A DNA stretch of 64,000 nt from an uncultured Candidatus Micrarchaeota archaeon. Lineage in GTDB: Archaea > Micrarchaeota > Micrarchaeia > Anstonellales > Bilamarchaeaceae. The stretch lies in the NCBI GenBank assembly GCA_903835385.1, contig CAILMQ010000013.1:2687-66686 (forward strand), read 5' to 3'. Both the position numbers and the translations under genes were made by a program. How positions within the stretch are numbered: position 1 is the stretch's first letter; every line of letters starts with the position of its first letter. Shown piece after piece: positions 47,956 to 56,743 of the stretch. The notes beneath the pieces were generated by a model. The model saw only the letters and a list, made by a program, of their open reading frames with translations, was not told the DNA's origin and did no database searches.

Positions 47956-48951
47956 ATGGCCATTCTACAAAGACTACCCGCTCCGGATCCTAAGGCCCTG
48001 GAAGCGAGAGGACGGGCGATCTCAGACCACTTTGTGACGCGGATGGAGCCGATCATCAACATCCTCGAGGCAAAACAGATTCCAGGCGTTCGGGAGAACA
48101 CTAATGACAAGACGTGGCTTACTGATAGGAACGCCAAGGCCGAGGACAGCGAGTTCTTATCAGACGCGATGAAGGGCCGCCCGTCCTTCCTCGCACGCAT
48201 AGACGATGATTTCCGCGCCCTGGGCCGTGTCATCTGGGATGAAAGGGCGGTGAGTGCGGCAGCCGACCTCCTGCTTCCGCTTCTGGACGTATCGGAGAGG
48301 ACGTGCTTCGGCTATTACGGCCATCAGTACCGCACCATGCAATACGCCGAGATACTGCTGAATAAGCGGTCCATGTCTAATCGGTCCATGACGGATGCGG
48401 AACAGGCCGCGCAGCTGCTCGGAGCCCTGATGCACGACATAGGCAAGGCCGCAGTGCCAGGGGAGGTCCTGCGCATAAAGGGGAAACTTAGCGATCCGGA
48501 AAAGGAACTCGTCAATCTGCATCCAAGTCATGGCAAGTCCATCCTGCTTGCTGCATTCGCTTCGCTTGCCGAAGCCGGAACCCATATAGCGTATGGGGAT
48601 GTGATAATCGATATCGCATTCAGCCATCATGAAAGATACGGCGATACCGGGGGATACCCGCTGGGCATCCGTGGAACCGAGATATCGGTCGGCGCCAGGA
48701 TTACCGGCTTTTGCGATGCGATGGATAGCATGACAACCAATCGGATATACGACCGCCACCCGAAAACCTTCAAGCAGGCCAAGATCGAAGCGGTGAGGAA
48801 ACTGAACAAGCATTTCAACGGAACAATAGTCGTGGATTTCCTACGTGCTGCGAAAACTAACGAAGTTACGAAAATAATCCTCGATATCATAAAGAGTGCC
48901 GGCGCCATGCCGGAACAGGCGCCTCAGCGGGACCTTATCCAGTCAAAATAG
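47956..48951 (+). CDS. HD-GYP domain protein (cyclic-dinucleotide phosphodiesterase family)
   Basis: LMHDIGK (HD) and HHERYGDTGGYP (HHExxDGxGYP) signatures. Confidence 0.75.
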   Translation: MAILQRLPAPDPKALEARGRAISDHFVTRMEPIINILEAKQIPGVRENTNDKTWLTDRNAKAEDSEFLSDAMKGRPSFLARIDDDFRALGRVIWDERAVSAAADLLLPLLDVSERTCFGYYGHQYRTMQYAEILLNKRSMSNRSMTDAEQAAQLLGALMHDIGKAAVPGEVLRIKGKLSDPEKELVNLHPSHGKSILLAAFASLAEAGTHIAYGDVIIDIAFSHHERYGDTGGYPLGIRGTEISVGARITGFCDAMDSMTTNRIYDRHPKTFKQAKIEAVRKLNKHFNGTIVVDFLRAAKTNEVTKIILDIIKSAGAMPEQAPQRDLIQSK

Positions 48952-49520
48952 AGATTGACTGCAGCACCGTCAGTCGCCCTGTATTTTTCCGCATCGGGAC
49001 CACCTTTGGCTGCAGCACTTCTCGCCGCCTCCTTGACTTCGTCCAGGTCCTGAATCGCGTCTCCCATGATGGAAACCGTCCATCCCGACGCCTCCAGGGC
49101 GGCTCTCACAAGCCCGGCGTCATCCAGATGCGCCATGCTGAACCTCTTGAGCGGCTCACGCCCGATTTCGAGCTTTGGGTTGCGGCAGTGGTCGGAACCG
49201 ACATTGTCAAGGGCTTCGAGTATGGCGGCCTTCACCGCCCGGTCTCCGAAGCCGGGCTCGCTCTCGCGGGCGAGGGCATCAAGGAGGGGCTTGAAAGTAT
49301 GGAGATAACGCAGGTCTCCGAGAGTGGTTGCGGCAGCCGTTCGTTTCCCCGCTGATTCGCTTTCCAGTCCATTCACTGCTTCGGTGCATTGGCGCACCGT
49401 GCCAGGCTGGCTGCGCCGTACCCCCCGTTCGTGCTCCTGGCGCAAAATCGCCTGTACACGCTCCAAACCTATCGGTGGCGGCGTTCTGGATTCGTGACGT
49501 CTGACTGTTGCCGATTTCAT
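48924..49520 (-). CDS. short HEAT/PBS-lyase-repeat protein, paralog 1
   Basis: TLGDLRYLHTFKPLLDALARESEPGFGDRAVKAAILEALDNVGSD repeat units. Confidence 0.65.
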   Translation of the reverse strand: MKSATVRRHESRTPPPIGLERVQAILRQEHERGVRRSQPGTVRQCTEAVNGLESESAGKRTAAATTLGDLRYLHTFKPLLDALARESEPGFGDRAVKAAILEALDNVGSDHCRNPKLEIGREPLKRFSMAHLDDAGLVRAALEASGWTVSIMGDAIQDLDEVKEAARSAAAKGGPDAEKYRATDGAAVNLYFDWIRSR

Positions 49521-49532
49521 TTTGATTCCCGT

Positions 49533-49562
49533 ATTTTATTATGGATTTTGATGTTTAAATAC
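49533..49562 (-). promoter_or_regulatory. conserved promoter block (ATTATGGnTTTTGATGTTTAAA; TATA TTTAAAC in gene orientation) of HEAT paralog 1
   Basis: The same block lies about 30 nt upstream of both short HEAT paralogs. Confidence 0.5.
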
Positions 49563-49621
49563 CTTGTGTTAAGGATACAGGCCCGGCTCCGGACCACGAA
49601 TCCGGCAGGAACACGATTATC

Positions 49622-50200
49622 TCAAGAGCCTCTGACGGCGTTGAGCCAGAGGCCGCTTGCCGCCAAGTCGGTATCCTTATATCCAGCCTCGGCCGCCGCC
49701 TTCATGACATTTTCCATGTCCTCAATCGCTTCGCATCTCAGGCAGGTGTATTCCAGCGCCTTCAGGGCGCTCCTCACCAGCCCGGCGTCATCCAGATGCG
49801 CCATGCTGAACTTCTTGAGCGGCTCACGCCCTGCCGCGAGCGCCACCTGGCCGCAGTGGTCGGAACCGATGTTCCTGAGGGCTTTGAGCATGGCTGCCTT
49901 CACCGCCCGTCCTTCGTCGCCGGGCTCGCTCTCGCGGGCAAGGGCATGGAGGAGCGGCTCGAAAGAATAAATGGAACGCAGGCGCCCGAGTGTCTTCGCG
50001 GCGCTTTTGCGTTCTGCCGCCACCGCGCTTCCGAGCTGGTTCTGTGCCAGCGTGCATTCAAGCTGCGTACTGCCGTGGAGGCGCCGCAGCTCGCGCTTCT
50101 GCCGCGCGAGCACTATCGCGTATACATCCTCCAATCCCTTGGGCGCTACGGGCCAGTGGCGCCTGGCGGCTAGTTTGTCATTCCGGCTCATGTATGCCAT
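49622..50200 (-). CDS. short HEAT/PBS-lyase-repeat protein, paralog 2
   Basis: TLGRLRSIYSFEPLLHALARESEPGDEGRAVKAAMLKALRNIGSD. About 60% identical to paralog 1. Confidence 0.65.
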   Translation of the reverse strand: MAYMSRNDKLAARRHWPVAPKGLEDVYAIVLARQKRELRRLHGSTQLECTLAQNQLGSAVAAERKSAAKTLGRLRSIYSFEPLLHALARESEPGDEGRAVKAAMLKALRNIGSDHCGQVALAAGREPLKKFSMAHLDDAGLVRSALKALEYTCLRCEAIEDMENVMKAAAEAGYKDTDLAASGLWLNAVRGS

Positions 50201-50225
50201 TATGGCTTTTGATGTTTAAAATGGT
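50196..50225 (-). promoter_or_regulatory. conserved promoter block of HEAT paralog 2
   Basis: attatggcttttgatgtttaaaatgg. Confidence 0.5.
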
Positions 50226-50340
50226 TTGTAAGGCGGAGGGGGGAGGCCGGGATAGACGAAATATAGACGAGAGGTTAAGATAAGTCGGCAGGTCATCGCC
50301 TCCCGATAGGTCTAAAATCTTTGGGAAAGAAGTAGAATTC

Positions 50341-51381
50341 ATGAAAAGATTTGTGATACTGTTTCTGATTCTAGGGTTGTTTATTGCTGGCTGTACTCAA
50401 CAAGCCGAAACAAAAAATATAGGTTCAAACAAAACCATCTCGAACGAGACTCAAACCCAGCCGAATCGAACCGTTCCGCCTCAACAAGCACCCATACAAA
50501 CATACGCCTGCCCGGACGGAACGATTGTCACAAACTTGACAAATTGCCCAGCACAAACAGCTAATAACAGTCAAACAACTTCAGAAAACACCAGCATAAC
50601 AACATATGTATGCTTCGATAATTCGACAGTGGACGACTCAACAAAGTGTCCTCCGGCTCCGACCATCAATGTTTCTAAAGATTATTGCAGTGATGGAACC
50701 AAAAAGCTCGCTTGTTCTATAACAAAGCCCATTTTTTGTGACGTCAGTCTCGAACTCGTAGAGAAAGCCAGCAGATGCGGGTGTCCGGCGAATTCGGATC
50801 CTTATCAGGATACATGCTTACCGAGATGTTCCGACGGCACACATTCTGGTTCGTGCAGTTCTACTAAACCCGAAAAATGTTATAACGGAACATTGACAGA
50901 TGTTCCTGCGAGTTGCGGTTGCCCGGTAGGGTATAAATATGATGGTTCAACTTGTGTTGTTCATGTTATGTCACCCGAGGAACTTTTCGTGAATACCTCG
51001 GTCTTACAAAACAGGTATGCTGGATTGACTAACTTCGATGTAACTGTTGTTCGAGCCGGTTATTATGAAGAAACATCATTTTTAACTACGGAGCGATATA
51101 TTCGACTTGATATAAACATTAAGAATCGTGGAGACAAACCAGAATATCTATTTGCTTCTCATATGTCGCTTGTCGATAGTAATAACCACCAATATTCGGA
51201 AACTTATGGCGGCACTTTTGAAGGTGGGGAATTTCAATCGGGAGTAGAAAGTAGTGGGTCGGTTTTATTCGATTTAGGAAGTTCTACGATGCCGGATGAA
51301 GTAACCTTGCACATCGATGATGGGTACGATAATAACTTCAAAATAATCGTTAAAACAGTTATAATTACATTAAAGAACTAG
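50341..51381 (+). CDS. Cys-rich secreted lipoprotein (lipobox IAGC) with repeated CPDGT modules
   Basis: MKRFVILFLILGLFIAGCTQQ signal/lipobox, at least five CP(D/A)GT/CGCP repeats. Low-GC gene. Confidence 0.6.
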   Translation: MKRFVILFLILGLFIAGCTQQAETKNIGSNKTISNETQTQPNRTVPPQQAPIQTYACPDGTIVTNLTNCPAQTANNSQTTSENTSITTYVCFDNSTVDDSTKCPPAPTINVSKDYCSDGTKKLACSITKPIFCDVSLELVEKASRCGCPANSDPYQDTCLPRCSDGTHSGSCSSTKPEKCYNGTLTDVPASCGCPVGYKYDGSTCVVHVMSPEELFVNTSVLQNRYAGLTNFDVTVVRAGYYEETSFLTTERYIRLDINIKNRGDKPEYLFASHMSLVDSNNHQYSETYGGTFEGGEFQSGVESSGSVLFDLGSSTMPDEVTLHIDDGYDNNFKIIVKTVIITLKN

Positions 51382-51426
51382 TTCGCCTCTCGACATGTCT
51401 AAAAATCTTGGGAAAGTAACAAATAC

Positions 51427-51804
51427 ATGGAAAAAGTCGTGATGCTGATTCTGATTTTTGGTTTACTCTTTTATGGTTGCACAAATCAAATCACCGGAAA
51501 TGTTTTGAATCAACATGCTGCAGTTGGTTGTTGGGTTTCAAACAGTTTGGCTATTGCAAAGATTGAGATAAACTCTGACGATACATTCGCAGCGTATACG
51601 CAAAATCCTCAGACTGGAGCATATTCAGTGGCATATAAGGGCAAATGGGTTGCAGAAAACGAAACGACGATTATAATGTCATATCAACTAAATAACGATA
51701 TTGTGAATCAAACAGCGACATATGTAGAAAGTACCGATTCCGTAGTAACATCAATATTAATCCCAATGGTTGGTCAGTTCCCAGAAACATTGTATAGATG
51801 TTGA
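51427..51804 (+). CDS. small lipoprotein (YGC lipobox), paralogous signal peptide
   Basis: MEKVVMLILIFGLLFYGCTNQ. Its upstream block is nearly identical to that of the 50341 gene. Confidence 0.45.
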   Translation: MEKVVMLILIFGLLFYGCTNQITGNVLNQHAAVGCWVSNSLAIAKIEINSDDTFAAYTQNPQTGAYSVAYKGKWVAENETTIIMSYQLNNDIVNQTATYVESTDSVVTSILIPMVGQFPETLYRC

Positions 51805-51901
51805 ACATGTATGAAAGTTATACCCAGAGCGCGCTCTGGCTCCGTTTTGGAGGGGAACGAGACGCCCTTACATTTAAATCGCTTGACGTTGTAGTGAAAT
51901 T

Positions 51902-53164
51902 ATGAAATTTGGATTCGTTGTATTACTTATTTTCGGACTTTTTATTGCTGGTTGCACCCAACCGACTACTCCACAACCAAAACAGACATATTTATGCCCT
52001 GATGGAAGCATTGTAACCCAGATTTCAGATTGCCCCAAAGCAATACAAACATATTCCTGTCCAGATGGTTCAGTAGTCACAGACATGTCTTCTTGCCCGA
52101 AGCAGACCTGTCCAGATGGAACCGATTACGGTTCTTGTTCTAATCTAAAGCCAATGTTCTGTCAAAATGGTCAGTGGATACCTAATGCCTCCGCGTGTGG
52201 TTGTTCCAGCGGATACGATATATCCGGGGACAATTGCGTTCCGCATGTAAATACCTGTAGTGATGGTACGATGTACGATGCCTGCTCTTTAACGAAACCC
52301 AAATATTGCTCTAATCTAGGACTTCTAATTGATGATGCCTCCACATGCGGTTGCCCTAGTGATTACGATACCTCTGGCAATGGCTGTACTCTCCACATAA
52401 GTTCCAACACGAATAGTTATAGTTTTACATCATATGAAAACACAGAGCCGTATTATAGCGCGTTTTGTGATAAAATTGACCCATATGATTTGAGTGTTCG
52501 TAAAGCTGCTGCAGATGCTATTAGAACCGATCCAGGGTCTTATAGCGTCAGTCAGCTTTTTGATATTTATGATTGGGTAATACAAAAGATATTTTATCAA
52601 AATTCTCCTTTAGCGGGTACTCCTTTCCCCCCATCAGAAACTTTAACGACTGCCTCCGGGGATTGCAAAAATCAGGCAGTTCTGATAGCATCCATGGTTC
52701 AAGCAATAGGTGGAACAGCCGAAGTTGTTGCAGATCCGACTTGCTCTCATGCGTATGCTGTAGTGTATTATGGTCCGTCTGGAAGCGATATGAGCTCCTT
52801 TACGCAAGCAGTTGCTAATCATTACGGTTCAAGTGTTAACGTACACTACTTTACCCATAACAATGGCTTCTGGATCATCTTTGATCCGGTTGGTGGAGCA
52901 TATCCTGGAGATACAATGCCCGAATGCAGCGGAAGCGAAGATCGTTATTTTATCAAAAGTTGCTTGGAATGTGTCCACCAATTTTCCAATGAGCCATACA
53001 CGTATGGTGATAGATGCTACTCTCAATGTCCATCTGGAACAATTACAGCGAACAAATATGCCTGCCAGCCTTGTTCAAAAGGCTCTTATAGCTGTAATGA
53101 TCAGTGTCTAACCTGTCCTTCCGGGTATTATATGGCCACCAATTGCAGGTGCTACAAATCTTAA
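51902..53164 (+). CDS. Cys-rich lipoprotein with transglutaminase-like cysteine-protease core
   Basis: MKFGFVVLLIFGLFIAGCTQP signal. CPDGS repeats. SGDCKNQAVLIASMVQAIGG...H...D matches the transglutaminase-like C-H-D pattern. Confidence 0.6.
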   Translation: MKFGFVVLLIFGLFIAGCTQPTTPQPKQTYLCPDGSIVTQISDCPKAIQTYSCPDGSVVTDMSSCPKQTCPDGTDYGSCSNLKPMFCQNGQWIPNASACGCSSGYDISGDNCVPHVNTCSDGTMYDACSLTKPKYCSNLGLLIDDASTCGCPSDYDTSGNGCTLHISSNTNSYSFTSYENTEPYYSAFCDKIDPYDLSVRKAAADAIRTDPGSYSVSQLFDIYDWVIQKIFYQNSPLAGTPFPPSETLTTASGDCKNQAVLIASMVQAIGGTAEVVADPTCSHAYAVVYYGPSGSDMSSFTQAVANHYGSSVNVHYFTHNNGFWIIFDPVGGAYPGDTMPECSGSEDRYFIKSCLECVHQFSNEPYTYGDRCYSQCPSGTITANKYACQPCSKGSYSCNDQCLTCPSGYYMATNCRCYKS

Positions 53165-53246
53165 TTATTAAAAATTTTCAATATAAAGCTTCTAATGGCG
53201 CTAAAATACCTAAAGTTTAACTTAGAAAATATAAAGGCCACGCCCA

Positions 53247-53295
53247 GATTGAACTCGTGACCTCGTCCTCTTCGGAGACAAAAAGCCTTACCTTC
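53247..53295 (-). other. partial duplicate of tRNA-Thr (anticodon, intron-start and 3'-exon segments), candidate attachment-site remnant
   Basis: GGTAAGGCTTTTTG...GGACGAGGTCACGAGTTCAA(A)TCT is shared with the intact tRNA-Thr at 54494-54643. It lacks the 5' exon and the acceptor 3' end. Confidence 0.4.
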
Positions 53296-53845
53296 CTTCC
53301 CTGAACCTTCTCCTGTCCTTTTTTATCTGGGATTTCAGGGCGAATCTTCCATACGGGGTTTCCTTGAACTTCGCGCCTTCTATGCTTTTTACCTTGTGGA
53401 AGACGATTTTATTGCCGTAATACGACAGTATGGCGGCTATCTTCTTCGCCCTGAACGATTTTTTCCTTTCGTTCCTACGGATTCTCTCGGCAAGGTCGAT
53501 TCTGCCGCTGCGTTTTGTATTTACAACGTGAATTTCACCCGAAGGAGTCCATTTCAGGCCAAAAAATTCTTCGGCGGTAGTGCAACTAAAGTAAAAGTCT
53601 CCTGTGGCGAGGTAAAGCTGTAATGCTTTTTTGAGGGCCAGGCTAGGCCTATCGATGAACCATGCTTTTTTTTCTTCCGGTGATGGCACGTAATAAATCC
53701 CTTTAAACGGGGTGGGGAAGAGGTTCAGCGACGCGCTTAAGTTTTTTATCTGGGGTCCGCTCAAACCGTCTTTGATCAACTGACCGAACTGTATGGCCTG
53801 CTTAGGAAGCATTTTCAACGACCTCGTTAAAGAATTTGTAATCAT
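53288..53845 (-). CDS. hypothetical protein, partner of the AbiEii-like gene (possible antitoxin-like component)
   Basis: 185-aa basic protein. Overlaps the upstream nucleotidyltransferase gene by 44 nt. Low-GC. Confidence 0.4.
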   Translation of the reverse strand: MITNSLTRSLKMLPKQAIQFGQLIKDGLSGPQIKNLSASLNLFPTPFKGIYYVPSPEEKKAWFIDRPSLALKKALQLYLATGDFYFSCTTAEEFFGLKWTPSGEIHVVNTKRSGRIDLAERIRRNERKKSFRAKKIAAILSYYGNKIVFHKVKSIEGAKFKETPYGRFALKSQIKKDRRRFREGR

Positions 53846-54392
53846 CTTCGCTTGTAATATACTCCTTTATCCCCTCTAGGTTATCCGGCCGGCCATATTT
53901 GGCAAGTAATTCTTTTACCAGGTCGAATCCCCTGTCCATCTTTTTTAAGATGAAAACGATGTCAAACAGGTCGCGGGCGGCTTTCCTGTTTGCGTATGCT
54001 TCCAGTTTCATCACAAGAAGATCATCCAATGACGCAACGGATAAAGGCACGCCTGAAACTTCGAAAGTCTCTATCTTTTTTATTTTTGCGGTCGGATAAA
54101 AAATCTCTATTTTTATGCTTGTATCCTCAAACTGGACCACAAACTGATTCGTATGGCTGGCAACAGATGTTCTATACCCCTTTTTGGTAAGACAACCCTT
54201 CATCATCTCCTTTAATTTGACTTCATCTCCTTCCAAAGGAACAAAGTCCAAATCAACGCTTACTCTGTGGTTAAGATAGAAAATGGCGAGCGCAGTCCCT
54301 CCAACCAGGATGAGCCGGTTTTGTGCGCATGCGGCAGTGTCGCTGAGGATTTCGAAAACCCGTTTGTATTTGAGGGCGAACTTCTGATTCAT
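53802..54392 (-). CDS. AbiEii/DUF1814-family nucleotidyltransferase (type IV toxin-antitoxin/abortive-infection toxin-like)
   Basis: LILVGGTALAIFYLNHRVSVDLDF matches the GGTAL...R.S.D.DF signature. Confidence 0.6.
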   Translation of the reverse strand: MNQKFALKYKRVFEILSDTAACAQNRLILVGGTALAIFYLNHRVSVDLDFVPLEGDEVKLKEMMKGCLTKKGYRTSVASHTNQFVVQFEDTSIKIEIFYPTAKIKKIETFEVSGVPLSVASLDDLLVMKLEAYANRKAARDLFDIVFILKKMDRGFDLVKELLAKYGRPDNLEGIKEYITSEDDYKFFNEVVENAS

Positions 54393-54493
54393 GAAACCAT
54401 ATCGAAAAGCAGGTTTATATGTGTTTCTGCTAGGTTAGATAAAGTTTAACCTAGATAAAACAGCTACGAGAGCCTATTTTTAATGGAAAATTA

Positions 54494-54643
54494 AGCCCTC
54501 GACGAGATTTGAACTCGTGACCTCGTCCTTTTTGCGGCGTTTGACTTGCTTACCTCAGGGCTTTTTCCAGGGTTTTTGCCCGTATAAGGGCGTAAGTCAA
54601 AAAGCCTTACCAAGGACGCGCGCTACCACTGCGCTACGAGGGC
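54494..54643 (-). tRNA. tRNA-Thr (anticodon GGU) with a canonical-position (37/38) intron of about 85 nt
   Basis: Minus strand: GCCCTCG-TA-GCGC-AGTGGTA-GCGC-G-CGTCC-TTGGTA[intron]A-GGACG-AGGTC-ACGAG-TTCAAAT-CTCGT-CGAGGGC-T. All four stems are perfect. Confidence 0.75.
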
Positions 54644-54843
54644 GAACTGCATATTCTTACTGTTCTCTCATTCTTTCTGTTTTCGTCGTTTTCCTACTTT
54701 TTTCCTAGAGGACGTCGTCCCCAATTTCTCTAATGCTCCGTCAGTCGCTGGACGGAATTCTCCTGCAACTGTGACAGGCAATTTTAGCATTTGCCGATAT
54801 AACATTTAAAACCTACGCCCGACATCCATAATCCGGTGAATTC

Positions 54844-55641
54844 GTGGAAGGAGAAGACGAAATAATCATATCCGGAGCGTACAAGGATTTCAAAAAGGAG
54901 CTGCGCTACGGCCTGGCATCAGCCGACGACGCGGAAGTGGCGAAAGTCCTGGGCGCGGTGTGCGACGCGATAGAACCGTATGCGTTCGCGTTCTCAGGCA
55001 TAAACGTCCCTGGAATAAAGGCATACGCCAAGCCCTCCGGCACCGGGCTGAAGGCAGTGGCGGATTTCCTGAAGAACAACCCCCAGGCCGGGATAAAGGA
55101 AAAATTGAAATCGTTCTGCCCCGTGCCCGAACTCATGCCGGCAGCAGAAAGCTGCTTCTTCAATCTCCTCATGTCAGAAGCCAAAGTGAGCTTCCGCATG
55201 GGCGATTCCATAGCAAAGCCGTCAATCGCCCCAAGCAAGGAAGAAGCAGGCGACGTTATCTTTTTCGTGGGCAAGTACAAGAGCTGGATAAGCATCAAGA
55301 AGCTCGGCCTGGAAGGCGCAAAGGAATACGAGGTCTCCGCAGTGCTCGCAGGCATCACGCACACAGCCACGAACAAGGCTTTTGACCTGAGCGGAGTGCA
55401 AAAGGACGACGCCCTGGTCTCAAAGGCGACGTCAGGCAAAAGGCGCGCCTACGGCAATCTTTCCGACGCCTTGAACATAATATTACCCGAACTTAAGAAC
55501 GACCGGCTGGCTGACGCCTACGTCATCTGCAAGACGTTCGAGGCCATAGGGTTCAAGCCCTACGCGAGCCCCGAGATGCTCTCAAGCGCCCATCCGGACA
55601 TCAAGCCCCCGAAAGTCAGGGGAAGAAAACCAAAGGCATAG
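54844..55641 (+). CDS. hypothetical protein with basic C-terminal tail (KPPKVRGRKPKA)
   Basis: 265-aa ORF upstream of and in the same orientation as mvk. No known domain. Confidence 0.5.
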   Translation: MEGEDEIIISGAYKDFKKELRYGLASADDAEVAKVLGAVCDAIEPYAFAFSGINVPGIKAYAKPSGTGLKAVADFLKNNPQAGIKEKLKSFCPVPELMPAAESCFFNLLMSEAKVSFRMGDSIAKPSIAPSKEEAGDVIFFVGKYKSWISIKKLGLEGAKEYEVSAVLAGITHTATNKAFDLSGVQKDDALVSKATSGKRRAYGNLSDALNIILPELKNDRLADAYVICKTFEAIGFKPYASPEMLSSAHPDIKPPKVRGRKPKA

Positions 55642-55652
55642 GAGTTGATTCA

Positions 55653-56552
55653 ATGGTGAAAGGCATAGGCTTTGGAAAGGTCATACTTTGCGGAGAGCAT
55701 TTCGTGGTACACGGCAGCCCTGCAATTGCCGCGGGAATATCCAACAGCGCCGTGGTCTGGGCAGAAGAGGCGCAGGCCAACGAAATATCCACAGACGTTC
55801 GCGTGGTCCCCGAAATGAGCATCCGCGCCATAACCGCGATTCTGGACGCCATGGGCATAAAACAGAAATACAAGGTGTTCATGGAGAGCGATTTGCCGAC
55901 CTTCGGCGGATTGGGCTCTTCCGCCGCGTTCTCCGTGGCCCTGGTGCGCTACATGTCCTATGTCCACAGGCTGAGCCTGAACGACGCACAGGTCAACCGC
56001 TTCGCATACGAGGGCGAAAAGGTGTTCCACGGCAATCCCAGCGGCATAGACAACGCCATGGCGACCTACGGCGGAGTGCTGATGTTCACCAAGGGAAAGT
56101 CCTATTCCGACAACGTCATAGACCGGTTCCAGCTCGGTTTGCCGCTGCATTTGGCCGTGGGCATGACCGGCAAGTTCGGCGCAACTGCGAAAATGGTCGC
56201 AGCGGTCAAGGAGTTCAAGGAAAAGGACGAGGAGAACTTCGGCCAGCTGCTGGACGAGGCGCGGGAGCTCTGCCACAACGCAAAGGCGGCTTTGGAAAGG
56301 GGGAAGCTGGACGTGTTCGGCCAGATAATGAACCAGAACCAGTCCCTGCTCTCGGAGATGGGCGTTTCCATAGAGGAGAACGATAAAATAAACAAGGTCG
56401 CGCTGGATGCCGGGGCCATGGGCGCAAAGCTCACGGGCGGCGGAGGCGGCGGGTGCTGCATCGCGCTGGCAAAGGACCAGGAACACGCGGAGCAGATAAT
56501 CAGGGCGATAAAGAAGGCCGGCTACGACGCGTTCTATACCACGGTGCGCTGA
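55653..56552 (+). CDS. mvk: mevalonate kinase (GHMP kinase)
   Basis: N-terminal GKVILCGEHFVVHG and GHMP motif GGLGSSAAFSVALV. Confidence 0.85.
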   Translation: MVKGIGFGKVILCGEHFVVHGSPAIAAGISNSAVVWAEEAQANEISTDVRVVPEMSIRAITAILDAMGIKQKYKVFMESDLPTFGGLGSSAAFSVALVRYMSYVHRLSLNDAQVNRFAYEGEKVFHGNPSGIDNAMATYGGVLMFTKGKSYSDNVIDRFQLGLPLHLAVGMTGKFGATAKMVAAVKEFKEKDEENFGQLLDEARELCHNAKAALERGKLDVFGQIMNQNQSLLSEMGVSIEENDKINKVALDAGAMGAKLTGGGGGGCCIALAKDQEHAEQIIRAIKKAGYDAFYTTVR

Positions 56553-56743
56553 AAACCGGCCGCATCCGTTTTTCTATGGCTCAGGGCTTTCGTTTCCTGT
56601 TGCCGTGCTTGTTCACTTCCCTTTTAGTTTCAAGATACGCCTTGCTTTCATTGAACATTTTTTTGTTTTTGAGATGCCTTATGTGGCTCGCAGGTACCTT
56701 CATCTTGTCCACCCGTTGACATGGTCAATATCGGCATAGGCGA

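Noticed and set aside
53225-53330. Second complete tRNA at the 53.25-kb tRNA-like segment
   Set aside because: The T-stem 3' half and the acceptor stem cannot be formed. Only the anticodon/intron-start and the anticodon-stem-to-T-loop portions match tRNA-Thr, so it is treated as a fragment.
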